A stretch of 64,000 bases of DNA from Eledone cirrhosa. Its lineage: Eukaryota. The notes under the pieces are model-generated. The model saw nothing but the letters and a program-made list of their open reading frames with translations. It made no database searches and had not been told where the DNA came from. Location: positions 7,626,001 through 7,690,000 of the forward strand of contig OZ024757.1 of assembly GCA_964016885.1 (NCBI GenBank), in the 5' to 3' direction. The position numbers and the translations under genes are program-made. Positions 41,577 to 53,589 of this stretch are shown piece by piece. How positions within the stretch are numbered: position 1 is the first letter of the stretch; the number at the start of each line of letters is the position of its first letter.

Positions 41577-43506
41577 AGTTGCATTTATCTTGCTTTATGT
41601 TCATACGAGTTATCACCAAGTCACAACCAGTGCCCGCAAGAGACAACAAGGTACGCCATGTTCAAGAAAGAACATACATACTCACACATGCATCTTTAGT
41701 GTTTAGACTTGTGATGTACTTATATTGACAGAATCTTCCTTAGTATATGGGCAGTTCCCATTAGTACTCTCTTTTGTATTTCTCCTATACGCGGGTTTCC
41801 TGGGATTTGCCATAAGTAATCATTAGACCCCTTAGGTATCATTCCGAGAGCGCCTACAACTACTGGTATTCTTTTAGTTCTCAATTTCCACATTTTTCCA
41901 ATTTCTATCTCCAGGTCCTTATACTTGCTCAATTTTTAAAATGTTTTTATAGATACATTCTTGTCTATTGGAACAGACATATCAATTAGCAGGCATACCC
42001 TCTTTTTAAAGTCCTTCAATATTATATCAGGTCTATTTGCATCTATTTTTCGGTCTGTATGGATGCTAAAGTTCCACAAGATTGAGATGTGATCTTTTTC
42101 AAGTATGGGAGGTGGTTGATGCTCCCACCAATTCTTTTGATGGGGCAGGTCAAAATGCTTACACATTATCCAATGTATGTATTGTGCAGCTCTGTCATGC
42201 CTGTTTAGGTATTTGGTTGGAGCTATAGGACTGCACATTGAAATTATATGGTCAATGCTCTCTGGTTGTTTTTTGCATACACGGCATAATGGGCTGCACC
42301 CATTTTTTATTATGTTGGCTTAGTAATTTTTTGTTGGTAATTTGTGCTGATATAATCAGTCCTTCAGTCTCCGATTTCAGTCCAGAGGATGCCAACCACT
42401 GATGGGTTAAAGTTTTGTCAACATCAGGATTGTTAGCTCGCTCTGCGTATTTTCCATATAGAGGCTTTTCTTGCCATTTCTTAGCCAGTTTCTGTAGCAG
42501 TTCTTTCTTTGCAGTTACTTTTACCTGCTTTGCTTTTTCTGTGTTTTCCATTTCACCAGTAAATGGGACTTCTGAAATTTGTAGTGCATTACTGTATCTT
42601 TGTGCATCTTTTGTAATGGAATATGATCTTTTAATGCTTTCGTGTTTCAAAACGAGTTTGATCATCCAATCATGTGATTCCCTTAGATATGTAGATAATC
42701 CAATTGTTGCAGTTTTCAACGCAATGTCTAACTGGATTAACCCACGTCCTCCTTCTTTCCTAGGGAGGTATATTCTATCTATATCTGCCTTATGGTGATG
42801 ATTCTGTGCATGGTTAAGAATTTTCGAATTTTTGTATCGAGCCTACGGATCTCTGTGCTTGACCAGTTGATGACATTGTAACTGTAGGTTACTACTGGTA
42901 TGGCAAGCGTGTTTATGGCATCGATCCTATTCCTTGCATTCAATTCCGTTCTTAAGATTGTTCTTACTCTGCCGTAACATTCCTTCCTTATCCTTTCCCA
43001 CATTGTCGAGTGCTTGATTCCGTCTCCTTCACAAACACCTAGATATTTGTAAGTTTTTTCTTGATCAAGTTCTCTTATCATGTTCCCCCGATCAAGATTA
43101 ATGTCTGAACTCTTCAGCAGCTTTCCTCTGGTGAACGTTGCTTTGGCGCATTTATCTAGTCCAAACTCCATTTTAATGTCATCACTGAACTGCTCCACAG
43201 TGGATAATAGACCTTGCAATTGTTCATCATTTATTGCAAATAGTTTCAGGTCATCCATGTAGAACAGGTGATTAATGGTTTTGTCATAGACTTTATATCC
43301 ATGTTTTGTTTCATTGAGCATTTTACTTAATGGTATATGTGCGATGCAGAATAAAAGCGGTGATAAAGAGTCACCCTGAAAAATTCCACAATTAATATTA
43401 ACCTCTCCAGCTTCCAGTGATTTTGTTTCACTATTCAAAAGGAGTGTCGTTTTCCATGTTTTCATACTGAATGACAAAAACCTCCTGACAACGGGGGATA
43501 TTTTGA

Positions 43507-43507
<1 letters not shown>
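41575..43507 (-). mobile_element. Dong-like family B, 5'-truncated at the same base as 38179-40120
   Basis: Shared end acaacgggggatattttgaa. Confidence 0.92.
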
Positions 43508-43545
<38 letters not shown>

Positions 43546-43552
43546 GTTGTTA

Positions 43553-44913
43553 TTCCTTGAATCTCAGTCATTGATGTTGGTTAACTGGAAAGTCCGTTGG
43601 AATGAATATCAAGCCACTACCTGCAGCCTCAGATATTCAGGACGTATCGGAGGGTTCTTGCTGTTCCCAGCAAGCATGCCTTTTGAAGCGTTCCAAAATG
43701 CGTGAAGGGGCCGATTTTCTTTAACCATCCCTGGAAACTTTTGGAGATAGTCCCTAGTGCGCCTATGACAATCGGGATCACTTTGACTTCATGGCAGTTC
43801 CAAATCCTTTTTACCTCCCACTTTAGGTCCTGGTATCGGTTAATTTTCTCCCTCTCCTTCTCTTGCACTCTCGTGTCGAATGGGCAGGCCACATCCACAA
43901 TCAGACACGATCTTTTTTCTTTGTCCACAACCACCAGGTCAGGTCTATTGTGTTCCAGTTTCTTGTCCGTCTGTATCCTAAAATCCCACAGCACCTTCAC
44001 CTGATCGTTCTCCGTCACCGCCTCTGGCCTATGCTCATACCATTTCTCAGAATGTGGTAAATTGTTTACTTTGCACAGGTGCCAGTGGATCACCCTGCCC
44101 ATCACATCATGTCTCCAGCCCTTATAGTGGGTCTGGGCTAGGTGTTTACACTCGGATACAATGTGAGCCACAGTCTCCTCTCTCTCTCCACAGATCCTGC
44201 AGAGTGTGCTAGCCTCCTCCTTGTAAACATGGTGCTTCAACCACTTCGTTTTGAGGGCCTGCTCCTGCGAAGCCATTAGCATTCATTCTGTAGCCTTTTT
44301 GAGGTCTCCTCTTCTCAACCAGTTCCATGTCTGTGGATCTGTAAATTCAGTTTTCTCAAAGGAAGGTACTATGAAGGGATTTTCCCTGAAGGCTGCTTTT
44401 TCTCCTTGATGTTATTTCCTCCTTGGACATCCCCTGGCCTACTGTCCCCTCCTTCAGTACAGTTCTGAGCATTGGCTCCTTACTATCAGTCACGTATTTG
44501 TATAGGTTGTTTTTCTCCATCTGAACACTGTCCTCTATGCTGATAAGACCTCTTCCACCCTCAGATCTCCTTAGGTAGAGTCTATCGACATCACTCCTCT
44601 TGTGGAACATGTTGTAGATAGTCAATAGCTTCCTAGTCTTCCTATCCATTTCTTTTTGTTCAGCAACATTCCATCTCAGAATTCCCGCACTGTACCTAAT
44701 AATAGACACAGCTCGGGAATTTACTGCGCTTATGGCATTTCTGCTGTTCAGATGTGACTTCAATACGCTCCTTATTCTCCGAATGTATTCAGTTCTTAAC
44801 AATTCCTTCATTTTTTTGTTCTTTATGCCATCAGCCTCCAGAACTCCCAAATACTTGTATCCTTCCTCAGAGTCAATTTCCTTTATCATTTCACCTGTTG
44901 GTATCTGGATTCC
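43553..44913 (-). mobile_element. Dong-like family A, 5'-truncated at the same base as 40171-41533
   Basis: Same truncation point and the same private frameshift (tcaaaggaagg). Confidence 0.92.
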
Positions 44914-44948
44914 ATTATTATTATTATTATTATTATTGTTATTGTTAT

Positions 44949-47900
44949 TCCTTGAATCTCAGTCATTGATGTTGGTTAACTGGAAAGTCCGTTGGATTGA
45001 ATATCAAGCCACTACCTGCAGCCTCAGATATTCAGGACGTATCGGAGGGTTCTTGCCGTTCCAAGCAAGCATGCCTTTTGAAGCGTTACAAAAAGCGTGA
45101 AGGGGCCGATTTTCTTTAACCATCCCTGGAAACCTTTGGAGATAGTCCCCAGTGCGCCTATGACAATCGGGATCACTTTGACTTCATGGCAGTTCCAAAT
45201 CCTTTTCACCTCCCACTTTAGGTCCTGGTATCGGTTAATTTTCTCCCTCTCCTTCTCTTGCACTCTTGTGTCGAACGGGCAGGCCACATCCACAATCAGG
45301 CACGATCTTTTTTCTTTGTCCACAACCACCAGGTCAGGTCTATTGTGTTCCAGTTTTTTGTCCGTCTGTATCCTAAAATCCCACAGCACCTTCACCTGAC
45401 TGTTCTCCATCACCGCCTCTGGCCTATGCTCATACCATTTCTCAGAATGTGGTAGATTGTTTACTTTGCACAGGTGCCAGTGGATCACCCTGCCCATCAC
45501 ATCGTGTCTCCAGCCCTTATAGTGGGTCTGGGCTAGGTGTTTACACTCGGACACAATGTGAGCCACAGTCTCCTCTCTTTCTCCACAGATCCTGCACAGT
45601 GGGCTAGCCTCCTCCTTGTAGATATGGTGCTTCAACCACTTCGTTTTGAGGGCCTGTTCCTGCGCAGCCATTAGCATTCCTTCTGTAGCCTTTTTGAGGT
45701 CTCCTCTTCTCAACCAGTTCCATGTCTGTGGATCTCTAAATTCAGTTTTCTCAAAGAAGGTACTATGAAGGGATTTTCCCTTAAGGCTGCTCTTCCTCCT
45801 TGATGTTATTTCCTCCTTGGGTATCCCCTGGCCTACTGTCCCCTCCTTCAGTACAGCTCTGAGCATTGGCTCCTTACTATAGGTCACGTATTTGTATAGG
45901 TTGTTTTTCTCCATCTGAACACAGTCCTCTATGCTGATAAGACCTCTTCCACCCTCAGATCTCCTTAGGTAGAGTCTATCGACATCACTCCTCTTGTGGA
46001 ACATGTTGTAGATAGTCAATAGCTTCCTAGTCTTCCTATCCATTTCTTTTTGTTCAGCAACATTCCATCTCAGAATTCCCGCACTGTACCTAATAATAGA
46101 CACAGCTCGGGAATTTACTGCGCTTATGGCATTTCTGCTGTTCAGATGTGACTTCAATACGCTCCTTACTCTCCGAATGTATTCAGTTCTTAACAATTCC
46201 TTCATTCTTTTGTTCTTTATGCCATCAGCCTCCAGAACTCTCAAATACTTGTATCCTTCCTCAGAGTCAATTTCCTTTATCATCTCACCTGTTGGTATCT
46301 GGATCCCGTTACTTCTGCTCAACCTACCCCTCCTCATCACAATGACTCCACATTTACCAATACCAAACTGCATACATATATCACTGCTGAAAATACGGAC
46401 AGTGTCAACAAGCACATCCAACTCCTTCTCACTTTTCCCGAAGAGCTTAAGATCGTCCATGAAGAGGAGGTGATTGATGGTAAGCTCTCCCCTTCCCAAC
46501 TTGTATCCTGCTCTCACTTTTCGCAGCATAATGGTCAAGGGCATCAGGGCAAGGACAAACAACAGAGGGGACAGGCTATCTCCCTGGAAGATACCTCTCT
46601 TGATCTTCACGCTTCCCAAGGATACTCCAGTTGATGTCAACTCTGTCTCCCAGGACCCCATACTCCTGCCCAGCACCTGTCTGATGTTATCTGCCACCCT
46701 GAAGATCTCCAGGCTTTTGGTGATCCAGGAATGAGGCACCATGTCAAATGCCTTTCTGTAGTCTATCCATCCCATGGCAAGATCAGTGTGTCTCCTCCTG
46801 CAATTCCCCATTACCATCTTATCAATAAGTAACTGGTCCTTTGTACCACGTGACTTCTTTCGGCATCCTTTCTGTTCGTCCGGCAACAAGTTGTTTGTGT
46901 GGAGGTGATGGTAGATTTCCTCAGACACAATGCTCGTCAACAGTTTCCACATTACGGGCAGACATGTGATAGGTCTATAGTTGGTAACATCATTACCCTT
47001 GATTCGGTCTTTCATTATCAGAACTGTGGTACCTTTTGTCAACCACTCTGGCACCTCACCCGACACCAAGCAGTCATTGAACATGGCCGTCAGCTTCGGG
47101 TGGAGGGATGTTAAATGCTTAATCCAATACCCCTGCACACCATCTGGGCCTGGTGATTTCCAGTTGGTTAGTTTTTTGGCTTGCCCCTTAAGAGTTTCAA
47201 CTGTGATACTCAAATCAGTCTGTTGCTGTGCCTGCTCACCGATCTCCCTCTGTACTGTCTCAATCCACCCTGCCTGGGCATTGTGTCTAACATCCTGCTC
47301 CCATATTCCTCTCCAGAATGTTTTAGCTTGTTCCGCCCCAGGGATCAAGTCGTTGCCTCTTTCTTTCCCCTCAAGCTGTCCAAACAGCATCTTCTGGTTG
47401 TTGTCGAACATGCGGTTCTGTTTATACTGACTGACTCTGTTCTCGTATCGCCTGATTTTGGCACTCTTTGCTACAATGCGTTGCTTCAATTCCTCTATGA
47501 TAATATTTAGCTTTTTACTCCTAGTTTTGTATTTTATTTCCAGTCTATTTTTAGTGCCTATGTTTTTTAGTGTCCCATTCAGTAGTGACTCAAGCTTTCC
47601 TATGTCATTTCTCATTTCCCCGATTTGCCCACTCAGTCGCTTCTTCCACCACGGCTCTGCTCTTTCTTGTCTGTTGTTTCCTCTCGCTTTTATACCAAGT
47701 AGTTTCCTCACCGTATTTGCTGTTGCTTTGAGGATATTGTTGCACTTGTGAAGACTGCTCGCCTCAAGGTATGGGATGACTTTGTTTACCTTAGCTGTTG
47801 TTTCTTTTAACTTTTTCCTGTCTACAAATCTTAGGTTCATAGGTCTCCCACTATCATTGTTCAACTCATCTACCACTAAATTTAGGATGTCAACCGAATC

Positions 47901-49473
47901 TTGTCCTAGCCCGTCAGCATTCATCTCCTCAGTGGCCGTATCTCTGTTCCAGGTATTATTTATCTCAGTATTCAGATCATTGTCTGCTTCGGGTGGTTCC
48001 TCCGTTCTCAGGACCTCCTCACCTTCATTTCCCGCCGGCTCGCTTGTCTGGCATACTACACCCGCCATCTCCAAGCCATTCTCTCTGCTCAGTTCCTCCA
48101 GTTCCAGCTCGCTTATCCACCCATTAGTTCTTATTACCCGAGCCTGCCCGGCCAATTTTTGTTCATCTAATTTAAATAAACCAATCTCGTTCCAGATGTT
48201 ATGCATCCGTCTCCTGTAGCCCCTCTCCTTGGGGTTACTTTTCAGGTAGCATTGCATAACAGTTCTATTCAATTCTTTCGTCCAGTTGGTTCTGGCCCCT
48301 TTCCTTCTTCTTCTTCCTCCAACATCAGCAGTATTTGGTTGACAGTCAGGTTCCTGCTGCTGAGCCAGGGGGCACCTGTTGGGTGAGAGTCTGTCACATG
48401 ACGTTCTAGTCTCCATTTCACCGTTATTCGAACTGTTTATGTTCGATATTTAAACACTCTTATCGAGGATTGGCGAATGTATGTTTACATAGCCATCTGT
48501 GGATCCGCCATCCCACTTGGCCCTTGTGTGGCATTATCACCACGCTGTAGACGAACACAAATAAACAAACAAACACACGGGCAGAAAGGGCCCCAAAAAT
48601 GAATAAGCATAAGTTTCATTGTAATGTAGTATTCGAATGTCTGACTTAGTTTTTGTTTTTTAAGTTTTACTTTTTCCCCCCTCTTCTCTGTCCGTCCGCC
48701 TGCTTCTCTCTTCATTCTTATTTTCTTTACGTTTTTGGGGTTTCTTTTTTTGTTTTTGTTTTTCTCTGTTTTTCTCGTTTTTTACTGTTGTTGCTGTGCT
48801 GCTTTTGTTGTTTGTTTTTTCTTTTTTCTTTTGAGTCTATCTATATATTTTGATGCCTTCCTCTTTGTTAGTAGTAGGAATTCTATAATGTGGAAGTGGT
48901 AGCCAGCAGAGACTGGCGGCGTTGGCGATACTGAGACAGTGGTGGTGGTGATGTCGATACCGAGGCAGTGGTGGCGGTGATGCGACCGTATTACTGTAGT
49001 GATGGTGCTGTAGCGGTGGCAGCAGCAGTGAAGGAGTCAGGGGGTGGTGGCGGCGGTGATGGGATAGTGGTGGTAATGATGGCCGTAGTGAGCGGTGGCG
49101 GTGAAGGTGAAAATGCTGTTGTGTTTAGTGTACACAGATGATGGGGTGGGTGGTGTATCTAGTTTCTGGTGTTGGTGAGTTTAGCTGTCCTATATAGTGT
49201 AGCCAGAGGAGAGGAGGGGGGGGGGGGTTCTTCTTCTTCCATTTATAGCCATTTTTTTTTGGATATACAGTGTACAATACAAAGTTGAATATTTGAATAT
49301 TTGAGCCTTATAACAATATATTTTGGGTCCGAATTTTTTTGGGGCTCAAGCCGGGTGCTTTACGTAGCATTTGTACTAAGAGTTGTTATTTCACAAATGA
49401 TTTAAATATGTTAAAAATTCAAAACTTACGGGAGCGATTTCATGACCTCCGTCACCTCGTGCGTCTTCTTCCC
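44949..49473 (-). mobile_element. Dong-like family A, full-length, potentially active copy
   Basis: Intact ORF, ~1-kb leader, (TAA)n on both sides. Confidence 0.93.
45024..48416 (-). CDS. R4/Dong-type single ORF: N-terminal domain, RT, CCHC knuckle, restriction-like endonuclease (1130 aa)
   Basis: NYRPITCL, EQKGC, WIDYRKAFDMVPH, GIFQGDSLSPLLF, LFMDDL, RSEGGRGL, CRIC..HIVSEC, RHD, NRPD..DVACP, K..RYQDL. Confidence 0.93.
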   Translation of the reverse strand: METRTSCDRLSPNRCPLAQQQEPDCQPNTADVGGRRRRKGARTNWTKELNRTVMQCYLKSNPKERGYRRRMHNIWNEIGLFKLDEQKLAGQARVIRTNGWISELELEELSRENGLEMAGVVCQTSEPAGNEGEEVLRTEEPPEADNDLNTEINNTWNRDTATEEMNADGLGQDSVDILNLVVDELNNDSGRPMNLRFVDRKKLKETTAKVNKVIPYLEASSLHKCNNILKATANTVRKLLGIKARGNNRQERAEPWWKKRLSGQIGEMRNDIGKLESLLNGTLKNIGTKNRLEIKYKTRSKKLNIIIEELKQRIVAKSAKIRRYENRVSQYKQNRMFDNNQKMLFGQLEGKERGNDLIPGAEQAKTFWRGIWEQDVRHNAQAGWIETVQREIGEQAQQQTDLSITVETLKGQAKKLTNWKSPGPDGVQGYWIKHLTSLHPKLTAMFNDCLVSGEVPEWLTKGTTVLIMKDRIKGNDVTNYRPITCLPVMWKLLTSIVSEEIYHHLHTNNLLPDEQKGCRKKSRGTKDQLLIDKMVMGNCRRRHTDLAMGWIDYRKAFDMVPHSWITKSLEIFRVADNIRQVLGRSMGSWETELTSTGVSLGSVKIKRGIFQGDSLSPLLFVLALMPLTIMLRKVRAGYKLGRGELTINHLLFMDDLKLFGKSEKELDVLVDTVRIFSSDICMQFGIGKCGVIVMRRGRLSRSNGIQIPTGEMIKEIDSEEGYKYLRVLEADGIKNKRMKELLRTEYIRRVRSVLKSHLNSRNAISAVNSRAVSIIRYSAGILRWNVAEQKEMDRKTRKLLTIYNMFHKRSDVDRLYLRRSEGGRGLISIEDCVQMEKNNLYKYVTYSKEPMLRAVLKEGTVGQGIPKEEITSRRKSSLKGKSLHSTFFEKTEFRDPQTWNWLRRGDLKKATEGMLMAAQEQALKTKWLKHHIYKEEASPLCRICGEREETVAHIVSECKHLAQTHYKGWRHDVMGRVIHWHLCKVNNLPHSEKWYEHRPEAVMENSQVKVLWDFRIQTDKKLEHNRPDLVVVDKEKRSCLIVDVACPFDTRVQEKEREKINRYQDLKWEVKRIWNCHEVKVIPIVIGALGTISKGFQGWLKKIGPFTLFVTLQKACLLGTARTLRYVLNI

Positions 49474-49535
<62 letters not shown>

Positions 49536-49537
<2 letters not shown>

Positions 49538-52500
49538 AGTTGCATTTATCTTGCTTTATGTTCATACGAGTTATCACCAAGTCACAACCAGTGCCCTCAA
49601 GAGACAACAAGGTACGCCATGTTCAAGAAAGAACATACATACTCACACATGCATCTTTAGTGTTTAGACTTGTGATGTACTTATATTGACAGAATCTTCC
49701 TTAGTATATGGGCAGTTCCCATTAGTACTCTCTTTTGTATTTCTCCTATACGCGGGTTTCCTGGGATTTGCGATAAGTAATCATTAGACCCCTTAGGTAT
49801 CATTCCGAGAGCGCCTACAACTACTGGTATTCTTTTAGTTCTCAATTTCCACATTTTTCCAATTTCTATCTCCAGGTCCTTATACTTGCTCAATTTTTAA
49901 AATGTTTTTATAGATACATTCTTGTCTATTGGAACAGACATATCAATTAGCAGGCATACCCTCTTTTTAAAGTCCTTCAATATTATATCAGGTCTATTTG
50001 CATCTATTTTTCGGTCTGTATGGATGCTAAAGTTCCACAAGATTGAGATGTGATCTTTTTCAAGTATGGGAGGTGGTTGATGCTCCCACCAATTCTTTTG
50101 ATGGGGCAGGTCAAAATGCTTACACATTATCCAATGTATGTATTGTGCAGCTCTGTCATGCCTGTTTAGGTATTTGGTTGGAGCTATAGGACTGCACATT
50201 GAAATTATATGGTCAATGCTCTCTGGTTGTTTTTTGCATACACGGCATAATGGGCTGCACCCATTTTTTATTATGTTGGCTTGGTAATTTTTTGTTGGCA
50301 GACACTCATCTTGTGCTGATATAATCAGTCCTTCAGTCTCCGATTTCAGTCCAGAGGATGCCAACCACTGATGGGTTAAAGTTTTGTCAACATCAGGATT
50401 GTTAGCTCGCTCTGCGTATTTTCCATATAGAGGCTTTTCTTGCCATTTCTTAGCCAGTTTCTGTAGCAGTTCTTTCTTTGCAGTTACTTTTACCTGCTTT
50501 GCTTTTTCTGTGTTTTCCATTTCACCAGTAAATGGGACTTCTGAAATTTGTAGTCCATTACTGTATCTTTGTGCATCTTTTGTAATGGAATATGATCTTT
50601 TAATGCTTTCGTGTTTCAAAACGAGTTTGATCATCCAATCATGTGATTCCCTTAGATATGTAGATAATCCAATTGTTGGAGTTTTCAACGCAATGTCTAA
50701 CTGGATTAACCCACGTCCTCCTTCTTTCCTAGGGAGGTATATTCTATCTATATCTGCCTTATGGTGATGATTCTGTGCATGGTTAAGAATTTTCGAATTT
50801 TTGTATCGAGCCTACGGATCTCTGTGCTTGACCAGTTGATGACATTGTAACTGTAGGTTACTACTGGTATGGCAAGCGTGTTTATGGCATCGATCCTATT
50901 CCTTGCATTCAATTCCGTTCTTAAGATTGTTCTTACTCTGCGGTAACATTCCTTCCTTATCCTTTCCCACATTGTCGAGTGCTTGATTCCGTCTCCTTCA
51001 CAAACACCTAGATATTTGTAAGTTTTTTCTTGATCAAGTTCTCTTATCACGTTCCCCCGATCAAGATTAATGTCTGAACTCTTCAGCAGCTTTCCTCTGG
51101 TGAACGTTGCTTTGGCGCATTTATCTAGTCCAAACTCCATTTTAATGTCATCACTGAACTGCTCCACAGTGGATAATAGCCCTTGCAATTGTTCGTCATT
51201 TTTTGCAAATAGTTTCAGGTCATCCATGTAGAACAGGTGATTAATGGTTTTGTCATAGACTTTATATCCATGTTTTGTCTCATTGGGCATTTTACTTAAT
51301 GGTATAAGTGCCATGCAGAATAAAAGCGGTGATAAAGAGTCACCCTGAAAAATTCCACAATTAATATTAACTTCTCCAGCTTCCAGTGATTTTGTTTCAC
51401 TATTCAAACGGAGTGGCGTTTTCCATGTCTTCATACTGAATGACAAAAACCTCCTGACAACGGGTGATATTTTGAAAATCTCTAAACATTTTTCAATCCA
51501 ACTGTGTGGCAAACTATCGAATGCTTTTTTATAATCTATCCAAGCAATCGATAGATTTTTGTGTCTATTATGACAATCTTCCAGTATCATTTTGTTAACC
51601 AGAAGCTGATCCTTACCGCCATATGAGCCTCGTTTACACCCTTTCTGCTCAATGGGAAATAGGTCATTTGTTATCAGGTGGTCATATGTGTATTCAGTTA
51701 GGACTGATGTTAAAATTTTATACATTGTGGTCAAGCAAGTTATCGGTCTGTAATTTTGGGGATTGTTTGTTTCATCATTCTTCGGAAGGAGGAATGTAAT
51801 GCCGTTAACTAGCCATGATGGTATCTTTTCTGACTCCTTAACTATTTCATTGTAAAGTTGGGCTAACAGCTCATTAGACTCAGTGAGGGTATTTATCCGA
51901 AAGTTTTTTATTTTGTCTTTTCCTGGGGATTTCCATTTGCTGGTTTTTCTTAGAGCCAAGCGCAACTGTTCAACTGTTATATTTTCCCATATTTGTTCCT
52001 CAAGGTGAGCTGTATCTTTCATTTGTCTGTCTATCCATGGGGCATGTATGTTATGAACTTTTTCTTCGGCCCAGAACTTTTTCCAGAATTCTTGCACTTC
52101 CTCCATGGGTGGTATTGATTTAGCAGTTATTGTTGACTTACCAATATTTCAGTAGAAGTTTCTTTGGTTGTTTTTGAACATATTATTGTCCTTATAGAAT
52201 CTAGATCGTTTTTCAAAGCGCCTGATACGAGCAGCTTTGGCCGACACTTTTTGCTTGATTATTTCTATCAGCATGTCTATGTCACATGTTGATTTTATAC
52301 TGTACTTTTTTTTCAATTTTCTAAGTTTAGTTTGTTTAACATGTTCACCTACTTTATAGTTTGTTAAAATTTCTATGTCAGATCGGAGAAGGTTTATTTG
52401 TCGATTGATGTTCTCTTGCCAAGTATATTTCTTGTGGGAATTCCTTTGTTTTTTCATTTTCACTCCACATAAGTGAGTGGTGACTTTAGCCGATGCATAA

Positions 52501-53495
52501 TAGAGATGATTTAAATCAGTAATGTTTAGTTTGTTTGTGATGATAATGTTTTTGAGAATTATGTTAGTCTTGTGTATTATCTTTTGGTTCTGTTTGGAGT
52601 TCTGGATCTTAGGGAGGGTGTCTCGTTGCCCCATGTCAGATTCTTTCATTTTCATCCATTCGATCATAATTTCATCCTTCAAGTTGGCAAGTTCATTCTC
52701 ATTCATTTCTTTATCATTTACGATCTCATTATTTTCATTTGGAGTTTCATCCTGAGCATGCACTCCCTCCACTTTTTCGCTCCTTTCTTTAATTTGTTCT
52801 GTTGCCAGTGATTCCGCCCCAACTCTGGGATTCGAAGTGTTACAGTTTACCTCGTTTTCACTGACACGTGCTTCATTTTCCCTTCGCTGACTTTGTGCTA
52901 CTAGCTTGATCTGATCAATTTCTATATCAGTTAGTAACTTTTTTCTTACAATATTTCTTCGTATATTGGCTAGTTTGTTACTGTCAATATAGCCTCTGTT
53001 TTCGGGATGTTTCTTTTTTCAGTTGATATATGTTTGTTCTGTATTCGATGTATTTGATGGGTAGTACATGGCAGTGTAGAAAGCCTCAAGGACTTCTTTA
53101 TTATCTTCCCTTGACCATTTTTCTCTCTTTTTCTTTGGATTTCTTGGTGGTGAGCATGGAGGGCCAACAGTAGGAGTATTCCGGTTATGGGAGGTCTCCA
53201 GCTCCGAAGTGATGGGAAGGTTTGAACCATTAGCTGATTTTTCGAACCCAGTCTGGTTCCTCTCTGAGGGACGCGGCCCTTTTTTACCCGGGTGACGGCC
53301 GATGCGGTATGAGATTTTATCATTAGACATTTACTTTATTTTGTCGCGTTTTATCCTTATCCGCCAAGGGGTAATCATTTCGTGTTACCACTTCTAGAAC
53401 GAGTGTCAACCAAGACTAGAGGGGTCGTTCTCCCCTAGAGACATGGCTATTCCCCGCCGGCCGCCATCCCGGTATTTCTTGGTCACGGGGTTTTC
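49536..53495 (-). mobile_element. Dong-like family B, full-length, frameshifted (ORF about 53330 to 49681)
   Basis: ORF pieces 53019-53330, 52149-52772, 50748-52106, 49897-50688, 49681-49893 with the same domain order as A but clearly diverged protein. Confidence 0.9.
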
Positions 53496-53589
53496 TTTTT
53501 TTTTTTTTTTTTTTTTTAATTAAATTGTTATTATCATGAGTGGTTCCTTAATGTGAGCATTGCGTGGCTTAAGAATGAAATTATTAATA

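Noticed and set aside
45097-48386. Recurrent plus-strand ORFs antisense to the Dong-like ORFs
   Set aside because: Shadow frames repeated only because the element is repeated
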